Origin: an uncultured Bdellovibrionales bacterium
GTDB taxonomy: Bacteria > Patescibacteriota > Minisyncoccia > Moranbacterales > UBA1568
DNA length: 53,419 bases
Reading direction: 5' to 3'
Assembly: GCA_964543815.1 (NCBI GenBank)
Contig: CAZIZG010000001.1
Location: 182,265-235,683 of the forward strand
Shown here: one piece after another, positions 30,253 through 38,021 of the stretch
How the letters are laid out: the number at the start of each line of letters is the position of its first letter
Numbering within the stretch: the first letter of the stretch is position 1
Translations under genes and position numbers: made by a program
Notes under the pieces: model-generated
Databases searched by the model: none
What the model saw: the letters and a program-made list of their open reading frames with translations, nothing else
What the model was told of the DNA's origin: nothing

Positions 30253-30297
30253 AAATGAGACAAATGAGACGGTTCCTAGGTGATTTCGGGAATAGTC

Positions 30298-30885
30298 TCA
30301 TTCCACCACAATCTTTCCTCTCATTTCCATATGTCCTTCTCCGCACCAGACCGAGCAGAAGAACTCAAAAGTGCCCATTTTACTAGCAACAAACTCCACG
30401 ACTGCCCCGTCGGGAGGAACGTCTTGATTCACGCCGAGATCAGGAATGACGAGGCCATGCTTCACATCAGCATTATGAATGATCAGCCTTACCAATTCAC
30501 CTTTCTTAGCCGTAATGGTTGCTGGTTCCCAAACATATTGCCTGACACCCATATGGATCGTACGTTCAGTCACACCGTTGACTACCTCGGTACTGGGGGG
30601 TGGGAAGCTTCCTTCTGAACTACTAGAACCCATTCCTTTTGGCGGAAGACCGGGTAAAAAAGCTTCAGGAGCAACTGAGACCTGACCATCGCTTGCCGGA
30701 TTATTTTTGGGCTCTTCGATGGGCTGTTGGCTGACGACATTGGGCAGTAATACTGGCACTTGTTCTTCTTCTGAAGGCTGAGAGGGTTCATTGGCTTCCT
30801 TGGAAGAAAAAGACTTATAAACCCACCACGAAACACCCTCCATAAGGGCGAGTACTAGAACGACGATAATAACTCCTTTCTTCAT
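30298..30885 (-). CDS. Membrane-anchored cupredoxin with CuA-like site
   Basis: N-terminal TM, Pro/Glu-rich linker, then a C-terminal cupredoxin with H...C-x3-C-x3-H-x2-M (FFCSVWCGEGHMEM). Confidence 0.75.
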   Translation of the reverse strand: MKKGVIIVVLVLALMEGVSWWVYKSFSSKEANEPSQPSEEEQVPVLLPNVVSQQPIEEPKNNPASDGQVSVAPEAFLPGLPPKGMGSSSSEGSFPPPSTEVVNGVTERTIHMGVRQYVWEPATITAKKGELVRLIIHNADVKHGLVIPDLGVNQDVPPDGAVVEFVASKMGTFEFFCSVWCGEGHMEMRGKIVVE

Positions 30886-30905
30886 AGCACCTATCTCAGC
30901 TAGAT

Positions 30906-33002
30906 CTAGAGTTCTGATTCAACTCTTTTCAGCAATACCGCGTTCGTCGCGACAATGATCGACGAAACGCTCATGAGTAAAGCTGCAAATTCTGGACGGA
31001 GCATAATGCCAAAACTCGGGTACAGGATGCCACCTGCAACCGGTATAGCCAGGATATTATAGATGGAAGCCCAGAAAAGATTCTGTTTCATTTTTCGCAC
31101 CGTTGCTTTACTCAAGGTTATTGCCCGGAGTATATCGAGCGGATCGGATTTCATAAGCACCACTTTTGCTGTCTCAATCGCAACATCCGTACCGGCACCA
31201 ATCGCGATGCCGACATCCGATTGAGCGAGTGCCGGGGCATCATTGATGCCATCTCCGACCATTGCTACGAACTTCCCTTCTTTTTGGAGTGATTCAACAT
31301 AGCGAGCTTTATCTTCAGGAAAGACCTCTGCAAACAAGCGGTCAATTCCCAACTTTTTTCCAATGACCTCAACCGTCTTCTGATTGTCGCCACTGATAAG
31401 GGCTACTTCGATTCCGAGCCGCTTCATCCCATCAATAGCCCGTTTGGCTGTTGCCTTGATTGGATCAGTCACCGCGATGGCGCCAACTGCTTTTTTATCG
31501 ACGGATATGAACATGAGCGTTTTACCATCGGCTTCAAGTGGTTTTGCCTGCTCGTCGATATCTCCCAAAGGAATATTGCGAAGAGCGAGGAGCTTCCGTG
31601 TTCCGATGGATACCGACTTTCCATCTACTTGTGCCTCAATCCCGTGTCCAGCAAGAGACATAAAGTTCTCCACCTTCTGCGTCAAAGCAATCCCCCTCGA
31701 TTCGGCTTCTCCGATAATCGCCCGCGCGAGCGGATGATTGGAACGCATCTCCGTAACCGCAGCAACAGCAAGTAATTGTTCCTCCGAAAATCCAGTGGAT
31801 ACGATGATATCAGTTACTTTCGGCTTTCCTTCAGTAAGCGTACCGGTTTTGTCGAGTACGATAGCTTGAATCTTTGAGACTTGTTCAAGGGTTGGAGCAT
31901 CTTTGATAAGAATGTTGTGTTTGGCGCCAAGACCCGTCCCGACCGCTACGGCCGTCGGGGTAGCCAATCCCAGCGCATCCGGACAGGCAATCACGACCGT
32001 GGCGATCGCGAAGGAGAGCGCGAGAAGAAGCGGCGCACCGACGAAAAAATACCAGATAATAAAGACCAGTAGCCCTGATCCAATAGCCCCAATGACCAGA
32101 TATTTCGCAAATCTGTCCGCGATTCTTTGTCCAGGAGCCTTTGAGTTCTGAGCCGTTTCCACCAATTTCATGATCTGTGCGAGAGCCGTTTCATCACCAA
32201 CCTTTGTCGCCCGAAAACGCAAAGAGCCGTTCTGATTGATGGAGCCACCCACTACTCTGTCTCCTGGTTTCTTTGTAACTGGGAGAGATTCGCCCGTTAC
32301 CAGTGATTCATCTACGGCTGATTCTCCTTCGGATACTTCGCCATCCACTGGTATTTTGTCACCAGGTTTCAAAAGGAGTGCATCTCCTACTTTGACCTCG
32401 CTTGTCGGTACAAGTTCTTCCTTGCCGTTACGGATGATACGAGCTTGAGGAGGCACAAGATTGAGGAGGGCTCTCAGCGCATCTGTCGTTCCGCGACGGG
32501 ATTTCATCTCCATCCAATGGCCGAAAAGGACGAAGGTGATAAGCATGGCGGCCGCTTCGTAATAGGAATCGGCACTCCCGATCAAAGTAAGTAAAACGCT
32601 GAATCCATAGGCTGCCGTGATGCCGACAGCGATGAGTACTGCCATATTCAGCGTCCTATTCTTCAATGCGAAGTATGTCGAGTAGAGAAAAATCCAACCA
32701 GAATAGAAGAAGACCGGCGTGGTGAGCAGAAAAAGAAGCCACGGCAGCGGAAGTGGAGATGGAAGATTGAGACCGAGAAACTCTGTACCCAGTGGCGAGT
32801 AAAGAATGATCGGGATAGTCAATGCAAACGCAAAGAAGAACTTATTGCGAATATCAATTTCCATGAGGCGAGCCATTTCCCGTCCAGCCAGTCCGGTATG
32901 ATCCATGCCCATCGTCATCGACATACTCATTTTGAGCTTCGCCCAAAAACCCATCCCAGTCATGTCATGTGTGACGTGACCAGTGTGCTGACTATGATCC
33001 AT
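30906..33002 (-). CDS. Heavy-metal P1B-type ATPase, CopB-like, with His/Met-rich N-terminus
   Basis: TGES, DKTGTLT and GDGINDAP. The N-terminus is MDHSQHTGHVTHDMTGM...MSMSMTMGMDH. The TM motif reads IACPDALGLATP. Confidence 0.9.
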   Translation of the reverse strand: MDHSQHTGHVTHDMTGMGFWAKLKMSMSMTMGMDHTGLAGREMARLMEIDIRNKFFFAFALTIPIILYSPLGTEFLGLNLPSPLPLPWLLFLLTTPVFFYSGWIFLYSTYFALKNRTLNMAVLIAVGITAAYGFSVLLTLIGSADSYYEAAAMLITFVLFGHWMEMKSRRGTTDALRALLNLVPPQARIIRNGKEELVPTSEVKVGDALLLKPGDKIPVDGEVSEGESAVDESLVTGESLPVTKKPGDRVVGGSINQNGSLRFRATKVGDETALAQIMKLVETAQNSKAPGQRIADRFAKYLVIGAIGSGLLVFIIWYFFVGAPLLLALSFAIATVVIACPDALGLATPTAVAVGTGLGAKHNILIKDAPTLEQVSKIQAIVLDKTGTLTEGKPKVTDIIVSTGFSEEQLLAVAAVTEMRSNHPLARAIIGEAESRGIALTQKVENFMSLAGHGIEAQVDGKSVSIGTRKLLALRNIPLGDIDEQAKPLEADGKTLMFISVDKKAVGAIAVTDPIKATAKRAIDGMKRLGIEVALISGDNQKTVEVIGKKLGIDRLFAEVFPEDKARYVESLQKEGKFVAMVGDGINDAPALAQSDVGIAIGAGTDVAIETAKVVLMKSDPLDILRAITLSKATVRKMKQNLFWASIYNILAIPVAGGILYPSFGIMLRPEFAALLMSVSSIIVATNAVLLKRVESEL

Positions 33003-33004
33003 AA

Positions 33005-33199
33005 TTATTTGTGTTCGTTATTATGCCCATGACCCTTATGCATGAATAAGTGCATCAGTGGGCATAATAGGAGAACGAGATATGGTAATACTGAAAAAAC
33101 ATGTGAGGTATGATTTCTCAAGAGAAATACTAACCCGACCAAACCTATAGTCAAAATAATCCACCATGTCCTTCGAGAAAACGTTTCAGACTGTTCCAT
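33005..33199 (-). CDS. Small membrane protein with His-rich tail
   Basis: 64 aa, two hydrophobic helices, C-terminus HLFMHKGHGHNNEHK. Its stop lies 3 nt from the ATPase start. Confidence 0.45.
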   Translation of the reverse strand: MEQSETFSRRTWWIILTIGLVGLVFLLRNHTSHVFSVLPYLVLLLCPLMHLFMHKGHGHNNEHK

Positions 33200-33217
33200 A
33201 TAGTTTGAAAAAATGAA

Positions 33218-33439
33218 TTAAACAAGCTCTCCGCGCTTCTCAAGCATCATATGGTGAATGGTCGCAACCTGGAGCCAGATGGCAATAAGAATAAGAATCG
33301 CGGCACAGAGTAAGGCATCTATTTTTGTAATTCCAAAAACAAGATTATCCGACCCACCTAGGATGGCGCCAGCAAACACAACGACTCCGACGAAACCGAC
33401 GATAACACTTGCAACATGCATTAACTTTGAGGGTTTCAT
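33218..33439 (-). CDS. Small hydrophobic protein
   Basis: 73 aa with two predicted TM helices. Co-oriented within the metal cluster. Confidence 0.4.
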   Translation of the reverse strand: MKPSKLMHVASVIVGFVGVVVFAGAILGGSDNLVFGITKIDALLCAAILILIAIWLQVATIHHMMLEKRGELV

Positions 33440-33460
33440 ACTTTTAAATTGACTGGTTTA

Positions 33461-33844
33461 TTAAAGAGAATCAACTACCTTTTTGAGCTTCGCCTCCACC
33501 TTAGCTGCAATAACAGCCAAGGCAGGGTTTTCGACCATGCTCATAGCAACCGTCGGGAGAATGGCTGATACAAATGTTTCTCCATCCTCTGCGTACACAA
33601 TAACATTGCAGGGCAAAAAGAGTCCTATCTCTTTTTCACTTTTAAGGGCCTGGAAAGCAAACGGCGGATTACAAGCTCCAAGAATAACGTAGTTCTCATA
33701 TTCGACATCGAGCTTTTTCCTGAGCGTCGCTTTTACATCAATTTCCGTGAGTACGCCAAACCCTTCTTTTAAAAGTTCTTCCTTTGTTTTTGATACTGCG
33801 TCAGCAAAGGAGAGCACCACTTTTCGTTGATATCCATATTTCAT
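33461..33844 (-). CDS. DUF302 domain protein
   Basis: FGVLTEIDVKATLKKKL...YVILGACNP is the characteristic DUF302 pattern. Confidence 0.75.
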   Translation of the reverse strand: MKYGYQRKVVLSFADAVSKTKEELLKEGFGVLTEIDVKATLRKKLDVEYENYVILGACNPPFAFQALKSEKEIGLFLPCNVIVYAEDGETFVSAILPTVAMSMVENPALAVIAAKVEAKLKKVVDSL

Positions 33845-33853
33845 AGCTTGCTC

Positions 33854-34096
33854 TTATGAATTAATGTCTCTTTTCTTTGCCTCAAATTCTTCCTGAGTTA
33901 TTTCACCTTTCGCATAGCGCTCCTTGAGAATGTCCAGCGCTGCGTTTCTGTTCTTTTCTACTCCCTGATTGCTCATCCGCTGAACAAATGCAACGACACC
34001 CCAAATGACGAAAACCCAAAAGGCAATCATCAAGACCCATCCGAAAATCATTCCGAATGACCCCAATCCGTACCCATAACCCCAATTACCCATCAT
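33854..34096 (-). CDS. SHOCT-domain membrane protein
   Basis: N-terminal TM and a C-terminal LDILKERYAKGEITQEEFEAKKRDI SHOCT motif. Confidence 0.7.
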   Translation of the reverse strand: MMGNWGYGYGLGSFGMIFGWVLMIAFWVFVIWGVVAFVQRMSNQGVEKNRNAALDILKERYAKGEITQEEFEAKKRDINS

Positions 34097-34120
34097 ATAT
34101 CTTCACCTCCTTTCGTATAA

Positions 34121-34417
34121 TTATTTATCATACGATTTCACCATCTTGAATACCTGTTCGAGCAATTCCTTCGATATTTTACCTTTCTTTGAATGAGAGA
34201 CGCTCTTTAACTTTTCCTCTATGTAGTTCTGGATGAGTATTCTCTGGGCACTACGCAAGAGTCCGAGAGTAGCGGCATTGATTTGGAGGAGGTCAATGAG
34301 CGGTCTCCCATCCTCGGTCATGGAAAGTGTCTTCCGGATATTACTGGAAGCTTTTTTCAGACTGATACTCAATTTCTTGTCCATATTCGTATCATAGAAA
34401 TTATTCTGGAGAGACAA
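34121..34417 (-). CDS. CsoR/RcnR/FrmR-family-like small helical regulator (divergent)
   Basis: By-eye alignment to RcnR: DKKLSISLKKASSNIRKT..., LLQINAATLGLLRSAQRIL... and a VFKMVKSYDK tail. An alternative ATG at 34384 would remove the overlap with the upstream gene. Confidence 0.5.
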   Translation of the reverse strand: MSLQNNFYDTNMDKKLSISLKKASSNIRKTLSMTEDGRPLIDLLQINAATLGLLRSAQRILIQNYIEEKLKSVSHSKKGKISKELLEQVFKMVKSYDK

Positions 34418-34943
34418 CCGGTTGTTGATACTTTAGTGGTTCAATGACGCAGAATATGCTCTCCGTTCGTCCCCGCACGAGGACATATAAGGACACAGAA
34501 AGGAAACCTATGGCCACGAGAGAAAGCTCCATACCCTGGAAAGGTAAGTAGGCAGCGGCACCGCCGAAACCCAGGAGGGCGAGTATCGGCAGCCCGCAAC
34601 TCGCACAACCACTTCCTACCACCCCCAGAATGGAGCTCCCACCGATAGCCCAATGCATTTTCCCAGAAGATCGGATTGGCCGAAGACGCTCAAGCGTCAG
34701 CATGAGATTTAATCCCGTCAGCACTGCAACAATGATAAGCAGGAAGAGGCTCAGTCCGCTCATAGCAGTCCACATACCTACGAGGAGCGCAATAAGAATA
34801 TCCCGTTTATAGACCAGAGAATGTCCTCCAAACAGCGCATCCTGCACGAGGCTCGCATTCATAAGATAAACGGCCGCTATGACATAGAGCATCGCGATGA
34901 TGAACGTAGGAACAATGATTTTTGCAGACCAGATTTGCTTCAT
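34401..34943 (-). CDS. Polytopic membrane protein with a CxxC in a TM segment
   Basis: 180 aa, about five hydrophobic helices, GSGCASCGLPILALLG. Family not recognised. Confidence 0.5.
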   Translation of the reverse strand: MKQIWSAKIIVPTFIIAMLYVIAAVYLMNASLVQDALFGGHSLVYKRDILIALLVGMWTAMSGLSLFLLIIVAVLTGLNLMLTLERLRPIRSSGKMHWAIGGSSILGVVGSGCASCGLPILALLGFGGAAAYLPFQGMELSLVAIGFLSVSLYVLVRGRTESIFCVIEPLKYQQPVVSPE

Positions 34944-34956
34944 AGGCTATGCCTCC

Positions 34957-35787
34957 TTACTTACCGCTTAGCTTCTCCTCAATAATAGTCTTGAAGGCGC
35001 TAAATGGTTGGGCTCCCACGATAAGCTGACCTTCAATCTGACCATCCTTGCTCGACCTTCCGATAATCCATGACGGCGTACCAGATACCCCAGCTGCCGT
35101 GCCATCAGCCATATCTTTCGCTACTTCGTCTTTGAATTTTCCAGAGTCCAGACATTGCTGAAACTGATTCACGTTAAGTCCTAAGCTCTTGGCAATAACA
35201 GGCAATTCTGTGAGAGCAAGCCCGGTGCCATTCGAGGTAGTTTTCGCGAAGATCTGGTCATGAAACTTATAGTAAGTCGCATCATTCCCCAGGCTTCTCG
35301 CGCACTCAGCTGCTTCAGCTTCTTTCTCTGCGTTCGCATGAAAGGAAAGCGGGAAGTCCCGATAGACTAATTTAACCTTGCCTGTATCAATGTAATTCTT
35401 CTTGAGATCAGGCAGTAAATCAGTGAAGGTTTTTTTGCAGAAGGGGCACTCATAGTCGGAAAACTCGATCAGTGTCAGAGGCGCATTCTTGTCTCCCATG
35501 ACCGGATCGTTATCTACCGACACCTTGACCGGACCGCTTGGCTGATTACTCGGCTGCTGCGCTGTCGGCGATGGATTTCCCGACGGTTGTCCTACTGCTG
35601 CCGATCCGACACTAACGCCTTTCTGAAAAGCACCGCCTGAAGAGAGGATGCTCGCGCTAATGATCAACCCGCCGAGAAGAATTGATCCGGCAATGATCCA
35701 GGCTGCTTTGCTTGGCATTTCCTTTTCTTTCCTCATCTTGATTGGCTCTCTTATCTCACCTTCCTCTGACTTGTACCAGTCTTCCAT
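34957..35787 (-). CDS. DsbA-family thiol:disulfide oxidoreductase, membrane anchored
   Basis: TM anchor, low-complexity linker, thioredoxin fold with EFSDYECPFCKK. Internal ATGs make the exact start uncertain. Confidence 0.8.
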   Translation of the reverse strand: MEDWYKSEEGEIREPIKMRKEKEMPSKAAWIIAGSILLGGLIISASILSSGGAFQKGVSVGSAAVGQPSGNPSPTAQQPSNQPSGPVKVSVDNDPVMGDKNAPLTLIEFSDYECPFCKKTFTDLLPDLKKNYIDTGKVKLVYRDFPLSFHANAEKEAEAAECARSLGNDATYYKFHDQIFAKTTSNGTGLALTELPVIAKSLGLNVNQFQQCLDSGKFKDEVAKDMADGTAAGVSGTPSWIIGRSSKDGQIEGQLIVGAQPFSAFKTIIEEKLSGK

Positions 35788-35815
35788 AGCAATAAGTATT
35801 AATTGGTTTTTTAGC

Positions 35816-37447
35816 TTAATCAGTTTTTCCTACGGTATAGGAGAACATCATCCCACTTTCCGCATGCTCGAGAATGTGACAGTGTGCGACCCATGTGCCC
35901 GGATTGGAGGCGTCGAGCAAGATGTCTACCGTATCGCCCTTGGCTACGAGTGTCGTATCAACCCATGCTGGATTTTCGTTTCTTACACCGTTTGTCGAGA
36001 GCACCATGAGGCGCTGCCCGTGGAAGTGGATCGGGTGCTGCATTGGATGCATCGATTGCGGATCATTGAAGATGCGGATCTTTACCTTATCACCCAACTG
36101 GAAGTTCCAGTCCTTGATGTCCATATTCACCTTGCCATTTGTCTTGTCGACCAGCTTCCATTTCATCATGTTCGAATTTGACTGGGCATTCATACTGGCC
36201 ATCGTGTCTTCCCACTCCAGAGCATCGCCATCATCACCCATGCCCATATCTTCGTCTGACATAGCCATCCCGCCACTACCCATCGAATGCATTCCCATCG
36301 GCATGCCCTTGCGCATCTCCGAGTTCATATCAAGCGAAAGGTTTAGACTCTTATCTGGGGCCTTGGAGAGATAAGTGTTCATGAGACCCTCCAACTCATT
36401 CACAACTTCTGTATTTGTCCGCAGTGTTGCAAATTCCTTGCTATAAGCAGGGGTGGCTACCTCTGAAGAAACGCTCACTCTTCCGAGTGCATATTCCTTC
36501 TCGGGCGTCTGGTGTTTCATGGCATATTCACCGGCCTTCTCGAAGAACACATCGACAACACGCCGTTCGCCGGGAGCCACCATCACTTGATCAACGAAAG
36601 TTTCCTTCTCGTACCTTCCGACATCAGCGCCGACGAGCTTCATCTTGGCTCCAGGAAGCGTGAAATTGAAGAGTCGTGTATTGGCAGCATTGGTAAGATA
36701 GAGACGCACTACCTCGCCCTGCTTGGCTGACAGTTGATAATCCGTTTCCCCGTTTATGAGCATCACATTGCCGAAACGTCCCATGAGCGTATGATCGGCT
36801 ACCTTGGCATCAAATGGGAGCATGCCCTTTTCATCGAGAGCGATGTCATCGAGCGTGAGCGGAATCTCACGATTCACCGGCGACCAGTAGGCTGTATCTT
36901 TCGGAGTCACGATGAAATTGGCGTAGAGACCGGATTCCAAAGTATAGTCCGTCCGAACATGTGGGTGGTACCAAAATACCCCCGGATCAGAAAACTTAAG
37001 CTTATAGGTGAATGATTCTCCAATCCCGATCTCCTTTTGCGTCACACCCGGCACGCCATCGAAGGGATTATCCATTCGAACTCCATGGGCATGGAGGGTG
37101 GTCGCAATGTCACCCCCATTCTTCAGATTGATGGTGATTTCCGATCCTTCAGCAACACGAAGGGTCGGCCCCGGGATAGAGCCGTTGTATCCGAGCATTT
37201 TCACGGTACGGCCGGCAATGTTCTTTTGGATGGGTGTAATAACGAGATCTGTCGATTGGCCATCTTTTAAGTCAATGACTGAAGAAGAAGCTGCTTGTTT
37301 CAGATCTCCTGATGGCGAAGCATTCAAGCTCGAAGCTCCTTTTCCAATGGAATCGACTTCTCCCTGGCGGCTGACTATTCCATACCAAGCAAGCGAGCCC
37401 ACAACGGCTACCACTACTACCACCCACACTACTTGTCTGTTGCTCAT
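35816..37447 (-). CDS. Multicopper oxidase with Met-rich insert
   Basis: HAHGV, WYHPH, HPIHFHG and HCHILEHAESGMM copper-binding motifs. Met-rich segment MRKGMPMGMHSMGSGGMAMSDEDMGMG. Confidence 0.9.
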   Translation of the reverse strand: MSNRQVVWVVVVVAVVGSLAWYGIVSRQGEVDSIGKGASSLNASPSGDLKQAASSSVIDLKDGQSTDLVITPIQKNIAGRTVKMLGYNGSIPGPTLRVAEGSEITINLKNGGDIATTLHAHGVRMDNPFDGVPGVTQKEIGIGESFTYKLKFSDPGVFWYHPHVRTDYTLESGLYANFIVTPKDTAYWSPVNREIPLTLDDIALDEKGMLPFDAKVADHTLMGRFGNVMLINGETDYQLSAKQGEVVRLYLTNAANTRLFNFTLPGAKMKLVGADVGRYEKETFVDQVMVAPGERRVVDVFFEKAGEYAMKHQTPEKEYALGRVSVSSEVATPAYSKEFATLRTNTEVVNELEGLMNTYLSKAPDKSLNLSLDMNSEMRKGMPMGMHSMGSGGMAMSDEDMGMGDDGDALEWEDTMASMNAQSNSNMMKWKLVDKTNGKVNMDIKDWNFQLGDKVKIRIFNDPQSMHPMQHPIHFHGQRLMVLSTNGVRNENPAWVDTTLVAKGDTVDILLDASNPGTWVAHCHILEHAESGMMFSYTVGKTD

Positions 37448-37496
37448 AGAGTTGTATTTATGATTTACGAAACTAATTAATGATTATTTACTTCTC

Positions 37497-38021
37497 TTAG
37501 AGAGTCATGAATGGTGAGAAATCACTCCCGCTTTTCTGGTATATCTCGTAGGGAGCTTGCTTCACGCCAGGCATACCGGGAGTTCCTATCGGCATACCAG
37601 GAAGACCGATGCCGTCGATATTCAGCTTTTCTGAGAGAAGCTTTTCAACGGCGACCAATGGCACATGTCCTTCAATAAAGTAATCTCCAATCACTGTCGT
37701 ATGGCAGCTTTGCTTATCTTCTCCAATACCATATTGCTCCTTAATGGAACCCATGTTCTCGGTGGATTTCACGTCAACCTCATATCCTTGTTTCTTCAAT
37801 TCTGCAACGTAACCGTTGCAACACCCACAATTCGGCGCTTTGTAAACGGTGGCCATTCGCGCTATCGGAACCGCCGCGGTTTCCACGCTGTCGACCGAGA
37901 TAGTACCGGGTTCTGCACTCACTATTTTTTGCTCGGATCTTTCTTGACCGTACCACAAAAAAGATCCAAGTATGGCAGCAGCCCCTATGACCAATAATGA
38001 TTTCCTATACTTCATACTCAT
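37497..38021 (-). CDS. DUF411 (CopG-like) metal-binding protein
   Basis: YKAPNCGCCNGY...CHTTVIGDYFIEGHVP. The start overlaps the copA stop as TAATG. An alternative ATG lies at 38015. Confidence 0.8.
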   Translation of the reverse strand: MSMKYRKSLLVIGAAAILGSFLWYGQERSEQKIVSAEPGTISVDSVETAAVPIARMATVYKAPNCGCCNGYVAELKKQGYEVDVKSTENMGSIKEQYGIGEDKQSCHTTVIGDYFIEGHVPLVAVEKLLSEKLNIDGIGLPGMPIGTPGMPGVKQAPYEIYQKSGSDFSPFMTL

